64,000 nt of DNA from Camelus dromedarius (taxonomy: Eukaryota): positions 117,802,001-117,866,000 of the forward strand of contig NC_087437.1 in NCBI RefSeq assembly GCF_036321535.1, read 5' to 3'. How positions within the stretch are numbered: position 1 is the first letter of the stretch; each line of letters starts with the position of its first letter. A program made the translations under genes and the position numbers. The notes under the pieces were generated by a model, which saw nothing but the letters and a program-made list of their open reading frames with translations, searched no databases and was not told the origin of the DNA. Positions 1 to 10,798 of this stretch are shown here, in pieces.

Positions 1-383
1 ATACACAGGGGCTTTTGCAACAAAGACCAGGTAGTTGGAACATCAAAAGATTACTGTTAATTAAAGAAAATCAGGTATCTGAAGTAAATAAATTTAGCAC
101 TTGTCTATGTATAGGAAGATGCAAGAGTCTGGGCTCATTGAAATCATTCCTGTGATGTGCACCTTAGCTGTCCAGGGCCAACGTACTGTTCTTTCTTTCC
201 CATTCTGAGCCCCTCTGGATGCACCATTAGGGATGGCTGCAGTGGCTGAGGGCTTGGCAACAGGGAGCCCATTTGTCTCCATCCTCATTTCCCTCAGGGC
301 TCACTGTTGGGGACAGCTGTAGTGGCTTGACGGCTGCAAGATCCTTTGTTTACTGATACAGCAGGCAATATTTTTCAGTCTCA
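1..383 (-). mobile_element. ERV LTR fragment (ERV1-like, family not assigned)
   Basis: Ends in ...cagtctCA, which is a TG start on the minus strand (tgagactgaaaaatattgcctg...cagtaaacaaagga). This resembles cetartiodactyl ERV LTRs, and there is an abrupt switch to L1 sequence. Confidence 0.55.
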
Positions 384-384
384 A

Positions 385-1347
385 GTCTTTAAGCTGTTTT
401 GAGATTATTTTTGTATGCAGTGTGAGAGAGTGTTCTAACTCCATTGATTTACATGTGGCTGTCCAGTTTTCCCAACATCACTTGCTGAAGAAATAGGCTT
501 TTCTCCATTGTATATACTTGCCTCCTTTGTCAAAGATTAATTGGCCATAGGTGTGTGGGTTTATTTCTGGGCTCTCTATTCTGTTCCATTGCTCCATATG
601 TCTGATTTTCTGCCAATACCATGTAGTATTGTCTGAAGTCTGAGAGGGTTATTCCTCCAGCTTCATTCTTTGTCTTCAGTATTGCTTTGGCAATTCTGGG
701 TCTTTTGTGGTTCCATATAAATTTTAGGATTGTTTGTTCTCATTCTCTAAAAAATGTCATGGGTAATTTGATAGGGGTCACATTAAATCTGTAGATGCTT
801 TGAATAGTGTGGCCATTTTGACAATATTAATTCTTGCAATCCAAGAGCATGGGATGTCTTTCCATTTCTTTGAATCATCTTCAGTCTCCTTTGTCAGTAT
901 TTTATAGTCCTCAGCATGTAAGTCTTTCAACTCGTTGGTCTGGCTTATTCCTAAATCAGGTTTGTCCTGCACTTCTGTGTGTTAATCCTGGGTCCTGCTA
1001 CCTTTTTAAATCGGTTTATCAGTCCTAGTAGTTTTTGTGTGGAGTCTCTGTGGTTTTCTATACGTAGTATCATGTCATCTGCATATAGTGACAGTTTTAC
1101 CTGTTTCCTTCCAATTTGGATCCTTTTCTTTCTTTTTCTTATCTGATTGCTATTCAAATACTATGTTGAATAGAAGCGGTGAGCGTGGGCCTCCTTGTCT
1201 TGTTCCAAACGTTAACAGGAAGGCTTTCAGCTTTTCCCTGTTGAGTGTTATGTTGGGTTTGTCATAAATACCTTTTATTATGTTGAGATATGTTCCCTCT
1301 GTATCCACATTCATGATTTTTATCATAAATGAATGTTGAATTTTATC
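385..1347 (-). mobile_element. Degenerate LINE-1 ORF2 fragment (RT region)
   Basis: Minus-strand peptides [28 protein letters not shown] and [16 protein letters not shown] in shifting frames. Confidence 0.92.
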
Positions 1348-2544
1348 TGCAAAAATGTTCTCCCATTCTGTAGGTTGTCGTTTTGTTTTGCTTATGGTTT
1401 CCTTTGCTGCGCAGAAGCTTGTAAGTTTCATTAGGTCCCATTTGTTTATTCTTCCTTCTATTTCTATTGCTTGAGTAGACTGTTCTAGGAGAATATTTTT
1501 GAGAGGTATGTGAGATAATGTTTTGCCTATATTTTCCTCTAGGAGGTTTATTGTATCTTGTCTTATGTTTAAGTCTTTGATCCACTTTGAGTTTATTTTT
1601 GTGTATGGTGTAAGGGAGTGTTCTAGCTTCACTGCTTTACATGCTGCTGTCCAGTTTTCCCAACACCATTTGCTGAAGAGACTGTCTTTATTCCATTGTA
1701 TATTCTTGCCTCCTTTGTCAAAGATTAGTTGACCAAAAGTTTGTGGGTTCATTTCTGGGCTCTCTGTTCTGTTCCATTGGTCTATATGTCTGTTTTTGTC
1801 CCAATACCATGCTGTCTTGATGACTGTAGCTCTGTAGTATTGTCTGAAGTCTGGGAGAGTTATTCCTCCAGACTCTTTCTTTCTCTTCAGTAATGCTTTG
1901 GCAATTCTAGGTCTTTGATGGTTCCATATAAATTTTATTATGCTTTTTTCTAGTTCTGTGAATATGTCCTGGGTAATTTGACAGGGATTGTATTAAATCT
2001 GTAGAATGCCTTGGGCAGTGTACCATTTTAACAGTATTGATTCTTCCAATCCAGGGGCATGGGATATCTTTCCATTTTTTAAAGTCTTCTTTAATTTCCT
2101 TCATCAATGGTTTATAGTTTTCTGTGTATAATTCTTTCACCTCCTTGATGAGATTTATTCCTAAGTATTTTATTACTTTGGGTGCTATTTTAAAGGGGAT
2201 TGTTTCTTTACTTTCTTTTCCTGTTGATTCATCGTTCGTGTAAAGAAATGCAACTGGTTTTTGATCGTTAATCTTGCAACCTGCTACCTTGCTGAATTCT
2301 TCGATTAGTTCTGGTAGATTTGTGTGGACCCTTTAGGGTTTTCTATATGCAGTATCATGTCATCTGCATACAGTGACACTTTTACCTCTTCTTTTCCAGT
2401 TTGGATCCCTTTGATTTCTCTCTCTTGCCTGATTGCTGTGGCTAGGATTTCCAAGACTATGTTGAATAGGGGTGGTGATAGTGGGCATCCTTGTCTTGTC
2501 CCAGATTTTAGTGGGAAGCTTTTGAGTTTCTCACCATTGAGTAC
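1348..2544 (-). mobile_element. Inverted LINE-1 ORF2 segment (5' inversion arm of the host L1)
   Basis: Reverse complement aligns by eye to 8183-9364 of the full-length L1. It lacks a 3'UTR and poly(A), and abuts a plus-strand L1 segment at 2545. Confidence 0.92.
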
Positions 2545-3347
2545 AAAAATGTTCTTCTAGGGCAGTCTACCCAAGCAATAGAAATAAAAGCAAGAATAAA
2601 CAAATGGGACCTAATTAGACTTACAAGCTTCTGCACAGCAAAGGAAACCAAAAGTAAAACAAAATGACAATGTACAGAATGAGAGAAAATTTTTGCAAAA
2701 GATGAAACTGACAAAGGCTTGATCTCCAGAATATATAAGCTGCTCATACGACTTAATAAGAAAAAGACAAACACCCAATCCAAAAATGGACAAAAGACCT
2801 AAACAAGCAATTCTCCAAGGAAGAAATACAAATATCAATAGGCACATGAAAAAATGCTCAATAACACTAATTATCTGAGAAATGCAAATCAAAACTACAT
2901 GAGGTATCATCTCACACCAGCCAGAATGGCCATCATTGACAATGATGGAGAGGCTGTGAAGAAAGGGGAACCCTCCTACACGGCAGGTAGGAATGCAGTT
3001 TGGTGCAGCCACTGTGGAAAACAGTATGGAGATTCCTCAAAAGACTAGGAATAGACTTACCATATGACCTGGGAATCCTGCTCCTGGGCATATATTCAGA
3101 AGGAACCCTACTTCAAAAAGACACCTGCACCCCAGTGTTCAAAGCAGCACTATTTACAATAGCCAAGACATGGAAACAGCCTAAATGTCCATCGACAGAT
3201 GACTGGATAAAGAAGATGGTATATTTATACAATGGAATACTACTGAGCCATAAAAACCGACAACATAACGCCATTTACAGCAACATGGATGTCCCTAGAG
3301 AATGTCATTCTAAGTGAAGTAAGCCAGAAAGAGAAAGAAAAATACCA
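2545..3347 (+). mobile_element. Host LINE-1, direct arm, part 1 (ORF2 3' region)
   Basis: ORF2 C-terminal peptides ([35 protein letters not shown]). It breaks off at AAAGAAAAATACCA and resumes at 10389. Confidence 0.93.
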
Positions 3348-4620
3348 GAGAGAACGGAGAAGATGGCGGAGTAGAGGGACGCTTGTGGCTCACCCTCTCC
3401 CACAGATACACCAAGACCCACATCTACAGACCCACTCAGCCAACCAGAGCACCTGCGGAACTCGGACAGAACATCGCCCTCTTCAAAAGACAAAGACGCC
3501 AAAAATCTGGTAGGAGAAAAGGAAAAAAGAAAGAAGAAAAGGCAAAACAGAGTGGGACGGGTCCCACGGGGAGAGAGCAGCAAAGGAGGACTGGCGCTCT
3601 CTCGCTGGGTCTCCCCTCTCCAACCGAGAGGCCAGCGGGTCGGAGGGGGAACCTCCGAGGCTCAGATCTGTACAGAGCAGCCCTTGACTGACAGAACTAA
3701 GTTAAATAGGCACAGAGGGTCCCCGTGACACCCAGTCCAAGACGCTGGCCAGCAGCTGGGGGCAGGGTCAGGCTGCCCGAGCTGGGCGGAGGTTGGCGAC
3801 GGCTGCACTGAGGCAGCCCTGGGGACTGCAGGGCGCTATGAGCCGTGGTTGTGGGTGCACAGGCCAGAACAACCTGGGCCCTCCATGAAACAGCACGGCT
3901 GATGTGCCCTAGGGGTAAGGGCGCATACCCCATCTCTGAAAACCCGTGCAAAGTTTTCAGGTAAAGAGAGGCGGGGCTCAGGCATAGCCGCCATATCCTC
4001 CTGCGCTGAGCACCCAGGCGGAGGCGGGGGCAAAACTCCCATCCGCACCTAAGGGCTCAGCAGCCTCAAGGGCCAGACGGAGACTCGTCTACAGCCCGAG
4101 GCAAACAGGATCCTTCTGTCCTGGTCCCTCAAAGAACTTGCTCCGCCAAGACAAACAAGGAGCTGGGTTTTGGCCCGGAGCAGGGACAGGGCTGTTCCTT
4201 GGTGCTCCCAGAGCCCACCTGTGGAGCACAGACCGGAGGCAAAGCCCGGAGCGCGCGGCAGCACAGAGCAGCGGAGCGACGGCGCCGGGAGAGGGCAGGC
4301 GGCCCCCCGCCTTTCCGGCAGGAACGGAGCACCTGACCGTGGTGCTGGGAGGGGGCGCGACCCGCCCTCCTACCTGGCCAGTCTGCAACATCTGACTAAG
4401 GCATCGGGAGGGGCAGTGACCTGCCCGTCCGCAGCAAAGGAGAGCTGCACCTGACCACGTGTTGGGAGGAGGCGCGATCGCCTTGACTACCAGCACTGGG
4501 AGCAGCACAGAAGAGGGCGCCAACGGAGGGCCTCTGGAAACAGCAAGCTGAGCTTCCAAAACAGGACGAAGACAGAAAGACTTCACATTAAAAGCACACA
4601 GTCTCCAGGAGAACACCGAC
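3348..4620 (+). promoter_or_regulatory. L1 5'UTR internal promoter / CpG-rich island with YY1-type motif
   Basis: AAGATGGCGG at 3360-3369, at the position where L1 5' ends carry a YY1 site. Visibly high GC and CpG content compared with the flanks. Confidence 0.75.
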
Positions 4621-4955
4621 CCCCCCCCCCTTTTACTTTTAAATCTGTTTTACCTGTTCTATTTTGTATTACCCTTTTAATTTTTACTTCTCAATTATAT
4701 ATACACCCAGTTTTAATCCCTTTAAATTTTTTTAAAAATATTTTTATTATTTTTAAAAATTCTGCTTCAACTTGCTCTTCTATTATTCATTATACACCGT
4801 TTTCAAACCTTTTTTTCTCCCTTCTTTTAAAATTCTCTCTCTCTCTCTTTTTTTTTCCTTTCTAAGTTTTATTCCTACATACTCATTAGATAGATAAACT
4901 CCTTAAGGACCACAATAGACAACTGATACTCCATAAACCACAGTGCCAGAGAGGT

Positions 4956-5858
4956 ATGAGCAAGATGAAGAAGGAGAGAAAGCATTACCAATTAAAAGAA
5001 CAAGAGAAATCCCCTGAAAGAAAGATCAATGAAATAGACATTGATGGCCTACTAGATCAAGATTTCAAAAAAGGAGTGATCAAAGTACTGAAGAAACTAA
5101 AAGAGATAGTGTTTAGAGATATAAAATATGTCAAAAATGAAATTGAAGCTATAAAGAAGAACCAAGTAGAACTGGTAAACTCATTGGCTGAGATGAGGAA
5201 TGATCTAAAGGCTGTGCAAAGCTGGCTAGATAATTCCGAGGAACGAATTAGTGACCTAGAAGACAGGACAACAGAAAGCACCCAATCAGAAGAGCTAAAG
5301 ATAAACAAATAAAAACAAATGAAAACAGCATAAGGGACCTATGGGATAATATAAAGCGTGCCAATCTTCACATAATAGGGGTCCCAGAAGGGGAAGAAAG
5401 ATCAAAGGGGATTGAAAAGGTTTTTGAAGAAATCATGACTGAAAACGTCCCAAACTTAAAGAAGGAATCAGATATCCAAGTACAGGAAGCTCAGAGGGTC
5501 CCAGACAGGAAGAACCCAAACAGACCCACACCAAGACATACCATAATCAAGATGGCCAGAGTCAAGGATAAAGAAAGGATCCTAAAAGCAGCAAGAGAAA
5601 AGCAAAGAGTGAGTTACAAGGGAACCCCCCATAAGGCTCTCAGCTGATTTCTCTATACAAACACTACAGGCCAGAAGGGAGTGGCAACATATATTCAAAG
5701 TCCTGAATGAAAGAATGATGCAGCCTAGGATACTTTATACAGCAAGGCTATCATTTAGGATAGAAGGAGAGATAAAGAATTTCACAGACAAGAAAAACCT
5801 ACAAGAGTTTAGCAACACTAAACCCATGCTAAAAGAAATATTGAAAGGTCTACTCTAA
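4956..5858 (+). pseudogene. L1 ORF1p (RNA-binding chaperone), frameshifted
   Basis: ATG at 4956, coiled-coil region (EERISDLEDR), RDLWDNIKRANLHIIGVPEGEE, RPTPRHTIIKM and RLSADFS..LQARREW, with stop TAA at 5856-5858. There is a -1 shift near 5296 and a +1 shift in the C6 run at 5625-5630. Confidence 0.93.
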
Positions 5859-6265
5859 ATAGAAAAGCAGCAGGATGCTACAGAAATGAGAAACTCACAA
5901 CTGGAAAGGTGATAACTCATGAATTACAAATAAAATAAACCCAAAATTATAAAAGAAGACATACAAATCATTGAGAGTGGGAGAGGGAGGCAGGGAAATA
6001 TAGAATATTTTTTTTCTCTCTTTTTTTAAATTTTTTTTAACAGTAGGAGGGGTTTGAGATCATGTTACTATCAGTTTAATAAAAACAGTTATAGTAATGG
6101 GCTAATAGACTTACAAAAAAGGGTAACCACAAGCCAAAAATTTACAAGGGAGTCACAAAAAATAAATAAAATCCAAGATAATACAAAGGAAAATTACCAA
6201 ACCACAAAAGGAAGAAGAAAGGAACAAAGAGGATATACCAATTCAACTGCAAAGATAAGTTCAAA

Positions 6266-9200
6266 AGGGCAAAAAACACACATCTATCATTAATTACTGT
6301 AAATGTTAATGGACTAAATGCTCCAGTCAAAAGACATAGAGTGGCAGACTGGATAATAAAGCAAGAACCTTCAATAGGCTGCACACAAGAGACCAACTTT
6401 AGGGAGAAGGACACATATAGATTGAGAGTGAAAGGATGGAAAAGGATATTCCATGCAAATGGAAAAGCCAGAAAAGCAGGTGTTGCAGTACTGATTTCAG
6501 ACAAAATAGACTTTATAACAAAGGCCATAAAGAAAGACAAAGAAGGACATTTTATAATGATTAAAGGAGTGATACAAGATGAGGATATTACACTCGTTAA
6601 TATATATGCACCCAATATAGGAGCACCTAAGTACATAGAACAATTACTAACAGAGATTAAGGGGGATATTGATGGGAATACAATCATAGTTGGAGATTTT
6701 AACACTGCATTAACATCACTAGACAGATCTTCCAGACAGAAAATAAACAAGGCAACAGAGAAATTAAATACTACAATAGAAAAACTAGATTTGGTGGATA
6801 TTTTCAGAGCATTACACCCCCCAAAAATAGGATATACATTCTTTTCAAGTGCACATGGAACATTTTCCAGGATCGATCATGTACTTGGGCACAAAAGAAA
6901 CCTCAACAATTTTAAGAAGATAGAAATTATCTCAAGCATCTTTACTGACCACAATGCCATGAAACTGGAAATCAACAACAGAGAAACAAAGGAGAAAAAA
7001 AGGAAAGCATGGAGATTAAACAATATGTTATTGAAAAAACAATGGGTCAATGAGGAAATCAAAGCTGAAATTAAAAAATACCTTGAGACAAATGATAATG
7101 AAAGCACAACCACTCAAAACCTATGGGACACAGCAAAGGCAGTGGTAAGAGGGAAGTTTATAGCGATACAGGCCTTCCTCAAAAAAGAACAATCTCAAAT
7201 AAACAATTTAACCCACCACCTGAATGAATTAGAAAAAGAAGAACAAAAAGCCCCAAAAAGCAGCAGAAGGAAGGAAATAATAAAGATCAGAGAGGAATTA
7301 AATACAATAGAGATTATCAAGACCATAGAAAAAATCAACCAAACCAAAAGCTGGTTTTTTGAAAAAGTAAATAAAATCGACAAACCTCTGGCCAAACTCA
7401 CAAAGAAGAAAAAAGAGAGAGCACAAATTAGCAAAATAAGAAAGGAAAATGGAGAAATTACAACAAATAAAATAGAAATACAGAATATCATACAAGAATA
7501 TTATGAAAAACTATATGGAACCAAACTGGATAACCTAGAGGAGATGGACAAGTTTCTGGAAACATACTGTCCACCAAGACTGAATCAAGAAGAATCTGAA
7601 CACTTGAACAATCTGATCACTAGAAAGGAAATAGAAATAGCAATTAAAAACCTCCTTACAAATAAAAGTCCAGGACTGGACAGCTTCACCGGGGAATTAC
7701 ACCAAACATACAAAGAAGAACTCATACCAGTCCTTCTCAAACTCTTCCAGAAGATTGAAAAGGAGGGAGTACTCCCAAACTCATTCTATGAAGCCACCAT
7801 CACCCTGATACCAAAACCAGGCAAAGACACTACAAAAAAAGAGAATTATAGGCCAATATCACTGATGAACATAGACGCCAAAATCCTCACCAAAATTTTA
7901 GCAAATAGAATCCAACAGCACATAAAAAAGATTATACATCATGACCAAGTGGGGTTCATCCCAGGGACACAAGGCTGGTTCAACATATGCAAATCAATCA
8001 ATGTAATACATCACATCAACAAGAGAAAGAATAAAAACCACATGATCATCTCAATCGATGCAGAAAAACCATTTGATAAAATTCAACACCCATTTATGAT
8101 CAAAACTCTCACCAAAGTGGGTATAGAGGGAACATGTCTCAACATAATAAAAGCTATATATGACAAACCTACAGCCAGCATAGTACTCAACAGTGAAAAA
8201 CTCAAAAGCTTCCCACTAAAATCTGGGACAAGACAAGGATGTCCAGTATCACCACTCCTATTCAACATAGTCCTGGAAGTCCTAGCCACAGCAGTCAGGC
8301 AAGAGAAAGAAATAAAAGGGATCCAAATTGGAAAAGAAGAGGTAAAAGTGTCATTATATGCTGATGACATGTTACCATATATAGAAAACCCTAAAAGGTC
8401 CACACAAAAGCTACTAGAGCTGATTGAAGAATTCAGGAAGGTAGCAGGTTACAAAATTAACGTTCAAAAATCAGTTGCATTTCTTTACACTAACGATAAA
8501 TCAACAGAAAAAGAAAGTAAAGAAACAATCCCCTTTAAAATAGCACCCAAAGTAATAAAATACTTAGGAATAAATCTCACCAAGGAGGTGAAAGAATTAT
8601 ACACAGAAAACTATAAACCATTGATGAAGGAAATTAAAGAAGACTTTAAAAAATGGAAAGATATTCCATGCTCTTGGATTGGAAGAATCAATATTGTTAA
8701 AATGGTCACACTGCCGAAGGCAATCTACAGATTTAATGCGATCCCTATCAAATTACCCAGGACATATTTCACAGAACTAGAACAAATCATAATAAAATTT
8801 ATATGGAACCATCAAAGACCTAGAATTGCCAAAGCATTACTGAAGAGAAAGAAAGAGGCTGGAGGAATAACTCTCCCAGACTTCAGACAATACTACAGAG
8901 CTACAGTCATCAAGACAGCATGGTATTGGGACAAAAACAGACATATAGACCAATGGAACAGAATAGAGAGCCCAGAAATGAACCCACAAACTTTTGGTCA
9001 ACTCATCTTCGACAAAGGAGGCAAGAATATACGATGGAATAAAGACAGTCTCTTCAGCAAATGGTGTTGGGAAAACGGGACAGCAGCATGTAAAACAATG
9101 AAGCTAGAACACTCCCTTACACCATATACAAAAATCAACTCAAAATGGATCAAAGACTTAAACATAAGACAAGATACAATAAACCTCCTAGAGGAAAACA

Positions 9201-10060
9201 TAGGCAAAACATTATCTGACATACATTTCAAAAATTTTCTCCTAGAAGAAATAAAAGCAAGAATAAACAAATGGAACCTAATGAAACTTACAAGCTCCTG
9301 CACAGCAAAGGAAACCAGAAATAAAACAAGAAGAAAACCTACGGAATGGGAGAAAATTTTTGCAAGTGAAACCGACAAAGGCTTGATCTCCAAAGTATAT
9401 AAGCAGCTCATACGACTCAATAAGAAAAAAATAAACAACCCAATCCAAAAATATGCAGAAGACCTAAACAAGCAATTCTCCAAGGAAGACATATAAATGA
9501 TCAAAAAGCACATGAAAAAATGCTCAATATCACTAATTATCAGAGAAATGCAAATCAAAACTACAATGAGGTATCACCTCACACCAGTCAGAATGGCCGT
9601 CATTCAAAAATCCACAAATGACAAATGCTGGAGAGGCTGTGGAGAAAGGGGAACCCTCCTACACTGCTGGTGGGAATGCAGTTTGGTGCAGCCACTATGG
9701 AAAACAGTGTGGAGATTCCTCAAAAGACTAGGAATAGACTTACCATATGACCCAGGAATCCCACTCCTGGGCTTGTATCCAGAAGGAAATCTACTTCAGG
9801 ATGACACCTGCACCCCAATGTTCATAGCAGCACTATTTACAATAGCCAAAACATGGAAACAGCCTAAATGTCCATCAACAGGTGACTGGATAAAGAAGAG
9901 GTGGTATATTTATACAAGGGAATACTACTCAGCCATAAAAACCGACAACATAATGCCATTAGCAGCATCATGGATGCTCCTGGAGAATGTCATTCTAAGT
10001 GAAGTAAGCCAGAAAGAGAAAGAAAAATACCATATGAGATCGCTCATATGTGGAATCTAA
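6266..10060 (+). pseudogene. L1 ORF2p (APE endonuclease, reverse transcriptase, C-terminal zinc knuckle), one frame with lost start and one premature stop
   Basis: EN motifs NVNGLN, GDFNT and SRIDH; RT motifs QGCPVSP and YADD; zinc knuckle [13 protein letters not shown]. The expected start position reads AGG (6266-6268). TAA at 9494-9496 is CAA in the paralogous copy near 42193. ORFs 6341-9496 and 9497-10060 are in the same frame. Confidence 0.96.
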
Positions 10061-10388
10061 AAAACAAAAACAAAAACAAACAAACAAACAAAAACAAAGC
10101 ATAAATACAGGACAGAAATAGACTCACAGACAGAGAATACAGACTTGTGGTTACCAGGGGGGTGGAGGGTGGGAAGGGATAGACTGGGATTTCAAAATTG
10201 TAGAATAGATAAACAAGATTACACTGTATAGCACAGGGAAATATAAACAAAATGTTATGATAACTCACAGAGAAAAAAATGTGACAATGAGTGTGTATAT
10301 GTCCATGAATGACTGAAAAATTGTGCTGAACACTGGAATTTGACACAACATTGTAAAATGATTATAAATCAATAAAAAATGTTAAAAA

Positions 10389-10757
10389 AAAGAAAAATAC
10401 CATATGAGATTGCTCATATGTGGAATTAAAAAAAAAAAGAACATAAATACAAAACAGAAACAGACTCATAGACATAGAATACAAACTTGTGGTTGCCAAG
10501 GGGACAGGGGGTGGGAAAGGACAGACTGGGAGTTTAAAATTTGTAGATACAGTCAGGCATATATAAAATAGAGAAACAAGATTATACTGTGTAGCACAGG
10601 GAAATATATACAAGATCTTGTGGTAGCTCACAACGAAAAAGAATGTGACAATGAGTATATGTGTGTTCATGTGTAACTGAAAAATTGTGCTCTACACTGG
10701 AAATTGACACAACATTGTAAACTGACTATAACTCAATAAAAATGTAAAAAAAAAAAA
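10389..10757 (+). mobile_element. Host LINE-1, direct arm, part 2 (ORF2 end, 3'UTR, A12 tail)
   Basis: Resumes exactly at ...AATACCA|TATGAGAT. Its 3'UTR resembles the copy at 42740-43072 more than the adjacent young 3'UTR. Confidence 0.92.
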
Positions 10758-10798
10758 TAAAGTGACTCTGGAGGTGCTCAAAAAAAAAAAAAAAAAAA

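Larger units (their letters stand above)
3348..10388 (+). mobile_element. Full-length young LINE-1 (about 7.04 kb) with 14-bp TSD
   Basis: GC-rich 5'UTR, ORF1, about 400-nt spacer, ORF2, and a 3'UTR with a G-rich tract, AATAAA and an A tail. TSD AAAGAAAAATACCA at 3334-3347 and 10389-10402. Confidence 0.97.

Noticed and set aside
4089..4616. 175-aa antisense ORF in the L1 5'UTR as an ORF0-like gene
   Set aside because: It starts at GTG in GC-rich sequence where many overlapping frames are open, and shows no recognisable similarity.
5057..10670. Hydrophobic minus-strand ORFs resembling membrane proteins
   Set aside because: These are antisense shadows of A-rich L1 coding and UTR sequence.
10017..10757. 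Doubled L1 3'UTR as a tandem duplication or assembly stutter
   Set aside because: The two 3'UTRs differ at many positions, the second resembles the 42740-43072 copy, and the 14-bp TSD explains the arrangement as a nested insertion.
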